This document shows positions 11,190 to 26,400 of a DNA stretch of 64,000 bases, one piece after another. Location: NCBI GenBank assembly GCA_016748015.1, contig JAAOMT010000543.1, positions 434,001 to 498,000 of the forward strand, written 5' to 3'. Numbering within the stretch: position 1 is the stretch's first letter; every line of letters starts with the position of its first letter. A program made the position numbers and the translations under genes. The notes below the pieces were generated by a model, which was given only the letters and a program-made list of their open reading frames with translations, was not told the origin of the DNA and searched no databases. Origin of the DNA: Geosiphon pyriformis uo1 (Eukaryota > Fungi > Glomeromycota).

Positions 11190-13289
11190 TTACGCGTCCA
11201 GACACTCTGGATGCATCGACAAATCCGGGAATTTCCCCAACATTTTCATCCATTCACGAAGTGTGTCTGCTTTAATAATCTCATGATCTCTTGCTTCACG
11301 GAATTTTCCTTTAATGTCAACATATCTTTGTACAAAGATCTCGTCTTCGTCATCCTCTTCCTCAAAATCTTCGTCCAAAGAAATATCGGATTGATCGCTA
11401 TAATACTCTGCTGGTGAATGTTGAGAAAGTGGTGAACTGCTTTTATGGAGTGGTTCAGGAATTACTTTATTGATAAATGCTCCGGATCTTTTAATGGCAT
11501 TACCGGCTGACGGATGAAACACAAACATTTGAAACACGTGAGGCATTGCACTGTGAAAAATTAAAATTGATCATTGTCAGTTGATGGAGATTCAAGATTT
11601 AATCCATGAAAACCTTGAAAACGATATATTTGATTGATTGATTAACTTACTCATAAATTAAAAGATTCACTTTAGTGGGAGGATAAGGATGAGTTCCCTG
11701 CTTTTTATTGACCTCAAATACTTCAGGATGAGTCTTGGCAGCTTTATGTGCAAACATTATGGCTTCGTCTCGCAGCCGTTCGCCATTACCACATGTCTTG
11801 GTTTGAGAATGTAAAATTCAAAATTAAGTTTTTTTCGTTTATGAAAAATTTATAATATATTGAGATTGAGAGATAATTTTCAAACTTACAATGAACAAAT
11901 TACCAAGACCACCTAAATCATCAGCCAAGATTGGACTCACGTATGGTATGTCAAGGGCAGAGTTATATGCATAATATTGAACTCTTTCCATTCGTTGCTT
12001 GACATCCCTGTAGTCTTTGATTGGGTTAGCAGGTGATGCCTTATGAACAAAGCCATTGGGGATATAATCCGTTGGAACATTGTTAAGACATGAGGGTAGT
12101 GAATGAAAGAGGTCAAGCCTATGTATCATTAGGAAGAAATTTTAAAAAGAGATTAAGTTTTGAACATTTATAAATTTTTCAAAACATTAAAGATGATGAC
12201 TAATCGAAGAGACTTGACATAGGTCGGGCGGAATTAAAATGATAAAATCCAAGAGAATTCAACAACTTACCAAGGTGACCAACATACACCCGCGACAGGT
12301 TTTGGAAGCCCAGCATCTCGAAGAATCATATTCAAGGCAATTGTTAAACCACCACCGGCCGAATCACCCATTACGACTATATTCCTTGGATCAATTGGAT
12401 CAAAGCCAGCCTCTGCGGGTGGATGTATCAAGTAAAAATATGCGGCCAATACATCGACCAAAGCAGCTGGGAACGGTGACTGAGGAGCTAGACGATAATC
12501 AATACTAATAATTTGAAGCTTTTAATTAGCGAAATTCGGGAATCTCGTGTCATGAAGTTTAAAAATTTTTCTAAATCAAGTTACAAACCTTAGCGCCCTT
12601 GCTCCACCATATTTTGCCACCTTCTGTATCAAGAATCGATGTTGAGCAGCACTTCCAAAAAAGTAAGCCCCACCATGAATATATAATATTACACGATCGG
12701 CCGCTGTTCTCTTCTTTCTCTTTTTCATTTCTACCCATTCACCACGCAAGGGCCGTTGTTTCATTGGATCTTCTCGCCACCGCCAACCCACCTTCTCTTC
12801 TTGACCACTTAATAAACCAGCCAATATATCTTCGGCTTGAGATCTACATGTTTCAGGAACCACGGTTTTCTTTACTAAAACCGAAGGTGGGGAAGGAAAA
12901 TGTGCTCGTGAAAGAAATTTTTGGTGTTGTTCGATAGTTTTATTCTTGCTTAGTTTTAGAAAGTTTCGTAATAAAGCAACTCCCAAGTGAAGTTTGAGAT
13001 CCCAGGATCTAGAGGAAAAGGTGAAGTTATTATTAGTCTTTAAGAAAGGCTTTATCACTTTATTTTTGGTTGGTATTAGAAAGGAATAACTAACTAAGTA
13101 ACTAACTAACTAACTAACTCTGGAAGGTTTTCCTCCCCACTTTTAAATCACCACAAGTTCAAACAAAAAAATTCTTATAAAAGATAGCAACAACACTTAC
13201 GAGTCGGGTACGTCGTTCTTGACATGTTTATATAACGTAGTAAAGAACGCTGGTGTCAAAGCGGCAATGTCCATAGGGTCTACAGCCAT
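11190..13289 (-). CDS. Hormone-sensitive-lipase-family esterase (Abhydrolase_3); exons 13289-13201, 13008-12589, 12504-12271, 12118-11890, 11796-11651, 11550-11190; ~492 aa
   Basis: HGGAY oxyanion motif, IDYRLAPQSPFPAA, GDSAGGGL nucleophile, ERLRDE acid region, DAMPHVFQ catalytic His. Five GT-AG introns join into one 1479-nt frame. Confidence 0.92.
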
Positions 13290-14059
13290 TTTATCGTATA
13301 GGTTGACGTCAGTTTTTTTTTTTTGAGGCGACTTCTCTGATGGATAGTGCGACAAGTTAGGTTGTCTATATATCTCTATCAGAAAATATGATATTTTAGG
13401 CTGGGTAAAAATCTTTTTTAAAAAAAAAATAGTTGTGGTAAATATAAGAATTTCCTTTTATTATTTTAATATGATGTGTATATATATATATATATAAATA
13501 TAAATATATATATATGTATATATATTAAATGAAAACAGAATTAAGTTTAAAAAGCAAAAGTGAAAGGAGCTTTTTTTTGCAGTCAATCAATTTTTTTCCA
13601 CGCTGTCTTATTATATTAGGTGAAATTGTTTTTAGCGCACTGGTTTCACAAAAAAGTGGGGTCAGCGGGTTACAGGTTTACTGGTGGGTGCACTTAAAAA
13701 AAATATGCATTGAGAAGCACATCGATCCGTAGGGTGATGACGAACATGAGGTTCTCTCATTCCCACTATACTATAATTTTGTGAAATATACATTTTTGGA
13801 CATTTTTTTTTTCATTTGCCAAAAAATTCAAACAGAAAAAGAATATCCGATTCAACTCAGAATGTGCTATTTAACTTTGCGCTAGTTTAATTTTTCAATT
13901 TTTTTTTTTAATCAGAGTAGAATCAAAAATTGGCCGATCGATTGGCAAACAAGTTTTTTTACAGGCTTGCTTGCGGAACTGACTGTTTTTCCTATATTTT
14001 AACGCCAATCGTAATGTTTTTTGTTGCTTAAGTCGTTCCATGATTAGGGGATTCTTCGT

Positions 14060-14124
14060 TCATCATCGTCATCATCATCATCAACATCATCAACATCATC
14101 ATCAACATCATCAACATCATCATC

Positions 14125-14158
<34 letters not shown>

Positions 14159-14182
14159 GTAATAACAACAACAACAACAACA
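14060..14182. repeat. Compound (CAT/CAA)n-(AAT)n-(AAC)n microsatellite
   Basis: Direct reading. Confidence 0.9.
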
Positions 14183-15355
14183 TTTAACATCATTAATTGA
14201 TGTGTTGATTTTTAATGTACAAATTTAATACACATGCTATCAGCCGCAAGGTTTCACCGAATCCTTATTTGATTCATGATAATCACCAAATTTCACTTTA
14301 ACAATTTTTTTTTTTGCTTCAAAAAGGAAAGCCACCATCTGCTGGGCAGGGAAACTTTATTAATGATGCATAAACATCATCATTCATATTTGTAAAAGCA
14401 AGAAACCAGCCATTATGCATCGCCCAAGTTAATTTCCTAATGTGGCTTTGCATCACAGCAGAGCCTGATGATCTTTCAGAGGGTAAGTTGTACAAGATTA
14501 TGCTTCTGGAATCAGGGCTTGAAAGAATTTTTGAAATAGAAGGAGATAATCCCTCTCAGATTGGACCTCTTTTTAAAATTTACGTTTTTTTGAATATCGT
14601 TTCCGTGACAAAAAGAATGAAACATTCAATGAAACACATCAAAATGATTTTTCTTACGAGTTTCAGTATCAATTGAAACGGTAACTTCTTTACGGGGGTA
14701 ACAAAATCAAACAATAAAATAGGTAATAATATTCGGCTTACATCTACACGCATGGCATTAAAACTTTCACATTAATTTAATGTTATTTATTTGATAATGG
14801 GGTCAACTTGGTCAACTTGGTCAATCACTGTTCTTCCAAAACCTCTTTCAATACAAGTTTTTTCTATTTTTGTATTTATTCTTGAACGTGTGAGTCCCAC
14901 GGATAAAATAGGTTCAAAGACAACTAACCAAACAACCAACCAACCAACCAATTAACCAACCAACCATAAGATTAATGTGATGAATCAAACATAATGTTCA
15001 AAATTTTAGCTTTGTTAGAGTTTGGGACGATTCTATTGGATTATTGTATTTTACTACAAAATGAATCAATGATATTTTAGAGCCATTATGCATAAGGGGA
15101 TAAAGCCCAATTTTCTTTCTGAAGGACAAAAGTAATGAAAAAGTTACTTAATAAGGAAAAATACCCAAATATTCAAAGTAATGAAAGGTATTTGCTATTT
15201 GTTAATTGTTAATCACAATTAGTCATTTGTGAAACTAATTTTCGGGTTTTACGATGATAACCTCTTACAAAGATGGTAATCTCTGTAATTCTATTTATTC
15301 ATTCATTCCATCATTTAAAATAGTTATTTATTTTGAAAAGGCAGCACAAAAGTTT

Positions 15356-15357
<2 letters not shown>

Positions 15358-15402
<45 letters not shown>
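15358..15402. repeat. (AAT)n microsatellite
   Basis: Direct reading. Confidence 0.9.
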
Positions 15403-15850
15403 TGATTGAATAATTATTGATTGAATAATGAAGCTTGCAACGATTCTCCTGCTTTTTTTTCGTCAAAATTACAATAAATTCAGGATTCATTTAGCAGTCA
15501 TTTATGAATGATTTCCTGAAATTTTTGTGTTTCATTTTTTTTCCGGTTTTTTATTTTTCAAAGAATCCTCCTTAAAGTATGATTTAAAATTAAGAGAAGA
15601 AATAATAATTTAAAAGAAATTTTAAAAAAAAGTATTTATCAAGCTAAAAAAAAAAAAAAATTAAAGTGAATAAAAGAAGAATAATTAAAGAGAAAAAATG
15701 AATTAAATTTTTTCTTAAAATTGGTATGAATGATTTTCTGTGTGTGTATAGGTTATTTATTTTGGTTTTCAAAGATTAAAAATGAATCGATTATCAATTT
15801 TTTTGGATATTTAATTTTGATTAATTTAATTTAATTATTTTGATTAGGTT

Positions 15851-15886
<36 letters not shown>

Positions 15887-16324
15887 TTATTTTTCAAATT
15901 ATGCATAAAAACACTTTTGTATTACGTTTTTTATTATTAGGTAGATAATTATTGAGCTATTATATTCATTAATTGAGAAATTGGAAAATTAATATTTTAA
16001 AAAAAATAAAATAAAATAAAATAAAAATCCTAATCTAATCTTTTACACTACCCACCAATTCACATGATAAAATCACACAATTTCAAAATAAAATAAAAAA
16101 AGTTTCATTTTTGATTTGTTTTAGTGATACAATATCTATCTAAATTAGGAAAATACTAAAAGTGACTCTTAAAAGTAAAAAAGAAATTTCTCATTCAAGT
16201 AAAAAAAAAAAATTATCAAAATCATCATATACCTTATATAGCAAGCCTTTAAGTTGATACTCTTTTTAATTGCTCATAGTAAAAAAGCTCTGTTCGCAAA
16301 CTTTTTGTCTGTCAAATTAATATA

Positions 16325-17388
16325 ATTTTCTTGTCTAATAAAAATATGTTTATATGAAGTTGCAGCTTGTTTTTGTATTATATAAGCAATAACAAGAAAA
16401 AACAAGACAAAACAAAACAAAACAAGACAAAATAAAACAAAATAAATTAAATTAAATTAAATTAAAACAAAATAAAAAGATAATAATTGTTAAGGTGTTA
16501 AAGATGTTTTTCATAATTCAAGATTTGACTATCGTTATCATGAACCTTATCTTTGATAAAAAGTGCCAGTGATTTTCTATCTTCATTTTATCATACGTGA
16601 CTACAACTGAATTGGAAAGGAATAATTAAATAAATACAAAAAGCTTATCAGTACCTAGAAGGATGAACATTAAAGAAAAAAAAGAATGACAATGAGAAGC
16701 TATTTTGTTTATTTATCAAAAAAAAAAATTTTTTTTATACAGAATATTTATTCTAAATAAGTTTAGAGAGAATGTTTCAATCGATTTTTTTGATAAAAAA
16801 CATATCAAACCAANNNNNNNNNNNNNNNNNNNNNNNNNNNNNNNNNNNNNNNNNNNNNNNNNNNNNNNNNNNNNNNNNNNNNNNNNNNNNNNNNNNNNNA
16901 TTTTCTTGTCTAATAAAAATATGTTTATATGAAGTTGCAGCTTGTTTTTGTATTATATAAGCAATAACAAGAAAAAACAAGACAAAACAAAACAAAACAA
17001 GACAAAATAAAACAAAATAAATTAAATTAAATTAAATTAAAACAAAATAAAAAGATAATAATTGTTAAGGTGTTAAAGATGTTTTTCATAATTCAAGATT
17101 TGACTATCGTTATCATGAACCTTATCTTTGATAAAAAGTGCCAGTGATTTTCTATCTTCATTTTATCATACGTGACTACAACTGAATTGGAAAGGAATAA
17201 TTAAATAAATACAAAAAGCTTATCAGTACCTAGAAGGATGAACATTAAAGAAAAAAAAGAATGACAATGAGAAGCTATTTTGTTTATTTATCAAAAAAAA
17301 AAATTTTTTTTATACAGAATATTTATTCTAAATAAGTTTAGAGAGAATGTTTCAATCGATTTTTTTGATAAAAAACATATCAAACCAA
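16325..17388. other. Exact ~489-bp duplication flanking gap 16814-16899; probable scaffolding overlap artefact
   Basis: 16325-16813 is repeated identically at 16900-17388, abutting both sides of the N run. Confidence 0.85.
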
Positions 17389-17824
17389 AATTCATTATGT
17401 AATGATTCATTTTACCTGCCTCATACAAAATAAAATAATTTAAAGAACTAATAATAAATACCATTTTATATTATGTGAGACTGTTTTTAGCCTTGAAAAT
17501 GAAAAGATAAAACAATAAACATAAACTTTAAAATATATGTGTTCTGTTCCCAACAACCCCGCTGATCTTTTTCATTCTTGATTGATCGTTATATTTAAGG
17601 TGTTCACCTGGCCTAGAACTTTACTAGCAGCCATTTGGACAAAAAAAAGGGAGAGAGCAAGGCACTAAAAGCGTGTCAAAATTTTTATGAATTTTATTTT
17701 ATTATTGAATAAAAAATTGGTTCTTTAAAAAATAAGATTTGTTTTTTGATAAAATCAATTGTATTTTTTTCATTCTCATCAAAATTTTGCCCCTGAATTT
17801 TTTTTTGATGTTTCGAGATTCACA

Positions 17825-17955
17825 AACCAACGAATTAACTAACCAACCAACGAATCAACCAACTAACCAACTAACCAGCTAACTAACCAACTAACCAACT
17901 AACCAACTAACCAACCAACGAATCAACCAATCAACCAACAAACTAACTAACTAAT
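17825..17955. repeat. (AACC/AACT)n tetranucleotide repeat
   Basis: Direct reading; similar tracts at 13085-13118 and 14922-14965. Confidence 0.85.
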
Positions 17956-19820
17956 TAGTAAATCTTTTGGAAAATCATTGAAAACTTAATTTTTAATCAC
18001 ATAAATTTATGAGTAAAAAATTTATTTGGCATCTATGAAAAAATTTCTTTAAAAAAAATAATTATGTAAAGAAACTTTCCATTCTTTTTACTTTCAAACC
18101 TGATTTCTCATATTATACAGTAAGACTTTTTCTAGTCAAGTCAAAACAACTCCAAAAATTGGGGCCAATTTTTTTAAATTTTGTAAAAATTTTATTTGTT
18201 ATTACGAATTTAAAATTATCCATCCAAATTTCTGTGCTGTCCACCTCCTATTTTTAACAGAATATAGCGAAGGAAATATCTTATTCAAAAGTGCATTTAA
18301 TTTATTTCTAAAGACAAAGTTTTTAAATTAATGTTTAGGAATTTTTAAATAATTTAAGAGAACTTTGATTAAGCAATTTTGAAAACAATTTTTCACTTGG
18401 AAAAAAGAAAAAAAGAAAAAGTTATGAAAAATTTTGATCAAAAAAAAATTATTAGCTATATTTTTAATAATTAAGTTAGATTGCTTTTTATAAACTTTTT
18501 TAGAATCAAAACATGCTTGCTTGCTTACTAAAATAATTTTTTATTTAAAATCATCGGAAAAATTCTGAGCTTCTCGAGAAAAAAGATCCTCGATGACACA
18601 CTTTTCAAAAGAATAGTTCAATATTACCTATGTGGGATTGGAAATTTATCGATGATCTACTGAATGACTCTAGCGTCAATGTTTACCCTAGAGAAAGCTT
18701 TCTTGAAATTTCCAGATTATTATTATTTTTATTATTATTTTTATTACCTCTATTACCTCAATAGAAAATATAGACTTTTATACTACTCTTCCTTTGACTT
18801 AAATGATGTCATTTTTCTCTCAAATTGTAGAAGCGCCAAAAACTTGTTTTAACTAGTTATACAAGTTTGAATAGAAAGGTTTTCCGGAAATCTAGTCTAT
18901 ATTTCGATTTTTTTTTCCCAGATATTTTTTAAACTATATATATAAAATCAATTTTGTTTGTATATTTTTTAGATATGATGTTGAATATTGGGTTAGGCTA
19001 AAAAGATTAGAATTATTAAATAAATAAATAAATAAAATTCTAAATTATTTAAAAAATGAATTTACTATAAATGAAAAACTTTTATTTTAAAACGTTTTTT
19101 TCGTCTTTTTTATTAGTTTTAGACTCATGTTAAAAAGATCCTGCTGAAAATATTTTAGGTTAGCAATTTGAAAAAAAAATAATAATCCTATCAAAAGCTT
19201 TGATTAACGATCCAAGAAAAAATTAATAACAGTTGAATATCCAATTTACAAACTCAAAAGATAATTATATGAAAATGTTTTATTCTTGAGATCTATATCT
19301 TTAAAATAAAAATTTATGCAAAAATTTTTTAAAAAAAATCTTGTAATATTTCAGGTGTATTATCCTTTGAATTTTTATTACTTAATAATACAACTCTAAA
19401 AAAAATAAAATCGTATGACTGAGAACAATATATATGAATTCATATTTGGATTGACCTTATCACATCATCGATCCCAAGCAATTCTCGATCAAAACGTCTT
19501 TCTTTTACATTATCATTTTAATATTAGCCTTTAAAAACAAACCTATTATAATGAAAAAAAAACCGGGTAGAAAATGCGATTCAGAGTGAAAAACTTGCCT
19601 AGTATTTTGTAAATCAGAAATAGGTCACTACTTTTACTTGAAAATCACATTTCAAACAAACGAAATCGATAAACAATTAAATTTTTTTTTTGATTGTAAT
19701 CCCTTCATCAAATGAAAGATCCGAAATAAGATAGTCCATTTTTTTAAGTCGGGTAAAATTTACTCTAATCATTTTTAAACAATTAATATTGAGTAAATCA
19801 TAAAGTCAATTTGATTGACT

Positions 19821-19897
<77 letters not shown>

Positions 19898-22769
19898 ATT
19901 TTTTATTAAAATCTAATCAAATAATATGCTTTAATATCTTGTTACATGTTTACACCCAATAAAGTTGTAATTTTAAAAAATGAAACTCTCTTTCAAAAAT
20001 GTATCAAAATACTTTTAAATTAATCTGTACAATTTTTTAATTAAATATTTCTAAAATAAATTAAAAAAATGTTGCAAATTATTTATGATATTTACAAAGA
20101 TAATAAAAAAAAATTATAATAAAAATTTATAAAAAACTAATTTTAAATATGTTCAAATATAATTTATACTGTACATCATGTATTAATAATTATAAAAAAC
20201 CAAAAAAATTTTGATAAATTTTTTTAAAAACTTTATTTTATTTTAAATACTTTTATAAAATGTAATCTAACAATTATTTAAACCATTTTTAATTAACCAA
20301 GACTATATTAATCAGTCAAATTATTAATTAAACTAAATATTATCTTACCAAAAATAACTTAAAATATTTTTAATATTATGCATGCTAATTTTTTTAATCA
20401 TTATTTTTTTGATATATATTATATGTAAATTATTATTAATTAAAAAAAAATTTTCATCTTTGTATTAAAATTTTGAATTTTTTAATTGCATAAAAAATAA
20501 TAAATTTATTACAAAAAATACTTTAAAAAAAATTTTTATATATTTTATATTTTACTTATTATATTAATTTTTTTATTAGTTTTATATATAAAAATAAATA
20601 ATTAATTTATTAATATTATATTTCAAACATTTTTTTATATTTAAATAATTTTGTAAATATATATATATATATATGATTTATACTGTTTTTGAATTTTATA
20701 TCAGTAGATTTATCTAATTTATTGCTTTTTTTTTATTAATAAACTTATTAATATAAATAATAACATTTAATTTTTTTTTGAACTAGTTTTTCTACTTAAA
20801 TGCAAATTAATATTTAAATATAATTTCTTATTAATTTATACTTTTAAAACCATTAATCAGAAAATATTTTTATGTAATATAATATTTGGTTTTGTAAATG
20901 AATTTTTAAAAAAAGTCATCCTTTTTTGTATTAAAATATTCAGCATAAAAGTCTATTTTTTAACTCTAATATGTTTAAGCATAAAGTATTCTTATTAACA
21001 TTTGAAGTCTTGACTATATTATGACCAGAACAGAACACGATATGAAAGTTTCGCTTGGAGATCATCAAGTATATTATTATTGTAGGTGGAGAATATGCTT
21101 TTACCGATCTGGGAACGTTTGCGAGAATTAAGCTTGTGAGTGGCCAGGATGATGAATATCCGAAATTTAGTCATTTTTTGCAACATTAAATTAATACTAG
21201 AGAAGGGAACAACAGTTAGGATGAGAACAACAATAGAATTTGGCCATACACAAACGCAAATAGATTTCAATCAGCCCAAAAATTTGCATTACAAAATACC
21301 AAAAACAAATACATAGTAAATTAAATATAAAATATATACACCCTCCCATCCGATTTTTGAATAAATTTAAAAATTAAATTGCCTGCAAAAACTTAATAAA
21401 CATGACTCCTCTACTAAAATTGTTCTTTCAACTATGAAAGCCAACTCTTCTGTAGAAAAAATAAATCTTATTGAAACACACAATATTTTAAGAGATAAAG
21501 AAATTTGGACTCAAAAAATCTACAAAGTAATTTAATTACTTTGTAAATGTTTAGTTGTATGTATTTGAAGTTACTCTGCCACTAAGTAATAATAATATTT
21601 ACTTATAAAAATTTTTATTTTATTTATTTTAAATTTAATATAATGGAGATAGAAGTGTTGACTTAATTTGCAACTATAATAAATGTATAGTTTTTGTTTA
21701 ATGCAAAAACTACACAATCTTAAAAGTCAATTCCAGTGTATTAATAAGGTTTACAAAAGATACCACATTTGGGATTTTTGTAATTTCCAAAAAAAATGAT
21801 TATTTTTTATTTGTTATACAAAAAAGCAAGATATCTATTCATAATTTATTACTTAAAAAAATATTTCTCTTGATATTTTTTAAAATACTACTTTTAATTT
21901 AAAGTCTGTTTCTTTTTTTGTAAAAAATAAAATATTTGTTTTTTTAGTTTTTTTAATTTTTACATTAATTTTGTTACAATTATACTAATTATAATATTCA
22001 ATTTTAATTTAGCTATAAATAATAAATTTTTTTATTTTTTAAATAATAACAACAGTAATATATTTTTCAAAACTGGTTTTAATTAACACATAATTAAGTT
22101 GTTTAATATATTAATTATTATTAGTTTTAAAAACAAAACAAAATCATATTTTTAAATATAATTTTTTCTAATTAATTTATTAAATATTTAATCTGGACTA
22201 ATTAAATAGAAATTAAAAAACTTTTTATTCTGTTTTTTAAAAATACTGTTAATTTTAATAGTGTTTAAAAAATATTTACAAATTTTTAAAGATTTTCTAA
22301 GTAAATAATTTTTACTTTAATGTTTAATAAAACTGTGTTTTAGTTTTTACATGATTTTTTTGATTTTTTTGCATAAAATTTACATTTTATGTTTTTCTAA
22401 ATACTGTTATTTAAATTAAGTTTACTATATTAATATTTTTATTTTTAAGATTAATAAATTTCTCATAATATCTGAATTTGTTTTTGTTTTTATTATTATT
22501 GTTGTTTTATATAATGTTTATTTAAAGCTATTGTAAATAATCTTAAAAATACTTTAAGTATTTTTAGTAAAAGTTTTTAATATTAAATTAAAGTTAATTA
22601 TTATAAAATAATTTAATTTAATTTATTTAAGTTTTATATATTTTTAAATACTGGTTTGATTTATTAATCAGTTTTTGTAAAAATTATTTTTAAGATTTTT
22701 TAAACATAAAAAAATTATTATTTTAAAAAATATTTTTAAAATCAAGTTTAAAAGTTTTTTTAATTATAC

Positions 22770-23470
22770 TATTATGAATAAACTTTTATTTTTTAATTTT
22801 TATCTATTTACTTAGCCATAATTAATCATATGTATTAGTTATTGATATTATATAATTAACCAGTTTATTTTTAAAATAAGTTATTAACTTGATTATTAAA
22901 TTAGTTATTAATATAATCATTAACTTAATTATTAACTTGATTACTAATCTAATTATTAACTGAATTATTAATGTAATTATTAACTTGATCATTGATTTTT
23001 TTTTAATAATATATAAGTAAAACTTTTTAAGAGCTGTAAAAAAACATTTATATTCAAATTATATTTAAATCAATACAATAATATTATTTTTTTATTTCTC
23101 TTTTATTATTTTTTTTCTCTTTTTTTTTTCTTAATTTGTATAATTTTTAGTTTTTATTAAGTATATTAAATAAATATTTATTAAAAAGTACAATTAATAT
23201 CAAATATTAAATTTTAAAATGCCAATATAAAACATAAAATTATATTAGTATATTATTTTTTGTTAACAGTATAAACTATTTTTTTATCTTTAAATTTTTT
23301 TGTTATTTTTTAAAAAGAATAATAACTAAAATATTTATGAGATTGATTTTGTATATTAAATTTTTACTAATTCAATTCATTTATTAAAGTTGAATTACTT
23401 TTTTAATTATTTTATTGTTATACAATACTGTTTTTTCTTGCTATTTATTAACTTGTTAATTTAACTATAA
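22770..23470. repeat. Degenerate AT-rich dispersed repeat (direct copy at ~37238-37890; more diverged copy at ~39540-39935)
   Basis: Shared TATCTATTTACTTAG...ATAATTAACCAGTTTATTTTTAAAATAAGTTATTAA and colinear downstream blocks. Confidence 0.7.
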
Positions 23471-26400
23471 CATAAAAGTAGTGCTCCCTATAAGATTGTC
23501 AAAATTTTTTAAATTATCTATTATTGTATAAACAATTACTCTTTTTTAACACAAAAAAACTGAAATTATTTTATAGTACACAACCAAAACAATTTAATAT
23601 ACATTGAATTTAATTTATTTTTATCCTGTTTTATTTGTTTTTCAATTAAAAAATAGTTTAATCAAAAGTTTCAAGATTTTTAAAATTGGTTTTTAGTCAA
23701 ATATTTAGCTGAAACTTATTTTACATATATTGTTTATTTTATTAACCAAGTATATTTTAGAAAAAGATTTAAAGCAAGAAATAATTACATTAATTAATTA
23801 ATATTCTCAGTTATTTTTAGTCAATTTTTTTTTGAATTTAATAATTTAAATTAGCAGATCCATAATTGAATAACTATCTATTAACAGCTTAAAACACTTT
23901 TAAAAACAGAAAACAAAGAAAGCTATTAAACAGTCTTTGTTTTTGAATTTTATTAAATAATTCAAACTTCTTATCTTAAATACCAACTTTTATCATAGCA
24001 CAAAATATAGTTTAAAATAGAGCAAATATATTATTAATACTTTAAATATTAAAACTGTTTTAAGTTATCAAAACATAAGTTTTTTATTTTTATTTTAAGA
24101 AAACTTTTAAGATTTTATAAAATAGCTTTAAGATTTTAAAAGAGCTATTACAACAAACTAATATAACAATAATTACAAGCTTCAAATAATTAAAAAATAT
24201 TTTCAAAAATTTTTATTACATAGTTTATTTAAAAATTAATAATGAAACTGTTTAACAAATAGTTTAATAATCATCTGAAAATATTAAATAAAATACAACT
24301 TACTTTACTACTTAATTTAAAAAAAAATTTGTACTATAATATTAATATTTAAATAAAAAATAAATTGAAAAAAAAGTACAAGATTTAAAAAAAATAATTA
24401 CCAAATATGTCAAAGCAATTTAAAAATTAATAAAATAAATTAATTTAAAAAGAAATTAAATAAAAAAACAAAAAATATATTCATTTACCAAAAGATTAAA
24501 AACAGATTTATTTTATGCTATATGATTTTTTTTACTATTAAAAATAATTTAACTTTAAATACAATTATAGAAATAGCACAGCAAATAGAAAATAATTAAT
24601 GAATACACTTAGAAAATATGATTTTTTTTCTAATAGCTATACTTATTTTTACTTTTTTTTCTCAATTGGTTATTATTTTTTTTACTCTTTATGTTTAAAA
24701 CTCTAATAAATAATTAATAAATAGATTAATAGTAAATTTTATTTGACTTTTAGAACTAAAACAAGAACAGTACAAAAAAACCAAAGATTTTTAAGACTTT
24801 AATACCAACTTTAATATAATTAATTACAATAGTTTTAATATAATCTAAAACCTAAAAATTAAAATTTTCTTATTTGTTATTAATATAAAAATACTGGTTA
24901 TATAACATGAAATTATAATAATTTTCTGATGTTTTTTTTTTAATTTTAAAAAACAATAATCAGTTAATTAATAAAAACAATATTTAATTCTTAATTTAAA
25001 TACTAATTAAATCTATATTAATTTCTTTGAAAAAAATTTTTTAATTAAAGTTACAAAATATTAATCTTTAAACTAAGAAGCATATTTTTTAAGAATAAAA
25101 GTATAATTTAATAAGAAAAAAAATTTTTATTTAAATTTAATTAATAATAACATAGAAATATAAAAAAATAACAGCAAGCTATTAAGTCATACTAGATCCA
25201 AAAAATAAAAAATAAAATTTAATTTGGATTTTAATACTATTGTTTTAATATTTAACAACAAGAATAAAACCTTAAAATTAAAAATATTCAAAAACTTACC
25301 AAAATTAAAACTGCTAAAAATTGTTTAAAAATTAGATTTTTATTTAATTATAAAAAATTTAATAGAAATATCTATTTTTATTATTTTATTTTAACTTATA
25401 ATACATTTACAGTTTTAAAAAAATCTTGAAAAGTTATTAATTTTTAAAAAAAACAACTAAAAACCAATAAATACTTTTAACAAAAATATTAACTCTTAAT
25501 AATAATATTACTTTTTTTATTTATAAAGCTTAAATTACTAAGTATTTTATAAATCTAATATTAAATAGTAGCTTATTAATTAATATTATTATTCAACATT
25601 TTTTAGACACAATTAAAAAAAAAATTAATGAACTATCAATTAGATTTATGATTAATATTTATGAAAACAAAAAAAATTTAAGAATTATTAAAACTATTCT
25701 TATTTAAATTAAAAAGTTTGTATTGAAACTGATATAAAAATATTAAAAGTAAAAGATTATACTATAATTATTAAAAATAAATGACTAAAAAAAGCAAAAA
25801 TTTTTTTAAATTATAAATTTTATAAATTTATAATTTAAAATAAGGCCCAATCAATTGTGATTAAATGCTATTATTGAATTGTTTCTTCTGCTATAATTCA
25901 ACAATAACAACAGCAAAACAGCAATAATAATAATTTTAATAATTCTAAAGATTTTAAAAAAGAAAAAAAAAAGTTAAATAAACTTTTATTATATTTAATA
26001 ATAATAAAAAACTTTTAAACAACATACAAATCAATAGTAAAAAATTAATTATTAATAAACTTATTTATTGGCCATATTATAATATGTTCAAAAAAATATT
26101 TAGATAACAACCTAAAAAAAAAGCAAATAAAACTATTAATAACATAATTTTTGTTTTTAATATAAATACAACTATTTTTTTTTCTTTTTTAAATAATAAA
26201 TATAAATCATGTTTATTTTTTTTCAAGAATTGGAAACCAATTAGTCTAATTCTTAATGAGAAAATTAAAACTGTAGAAAAATTATTTGAAAAAAAAAGTA
26301 TTTAAAATCCAATTTATAATAATTAAGCAAAAAAAATTCAGTAAAAATAACCAAAAAATTGATATTAAAAATCTGTTAACTCGAAATAAATTAATAATAT

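Noticed and set aside
11190-13289. Functional cluster of the HSL esterase with the secreted hydrolases
   Set aside because: Different family, different intron pattern and no signal peptide; co-location alone is not evidence.
16325-17388. Recent tandem duplication
   Set aside because: Perfect identity abutting both sides of an N gap is typical of unmerged contig overlap.
19822-19897. (AAT)n/(ATT)n palindrome as a functional cruciform
   Set aside because: Ordinary adjacent microsatellites in very AT-rich DNA.
21019-21330. Short GC-richer coding-like fragment (similar ones at 5950-6310, 36100-37080, 50730-51260 and 57980-58320)
   Set aside because: Too short or too decayed to assign; probably gene or TE debris.
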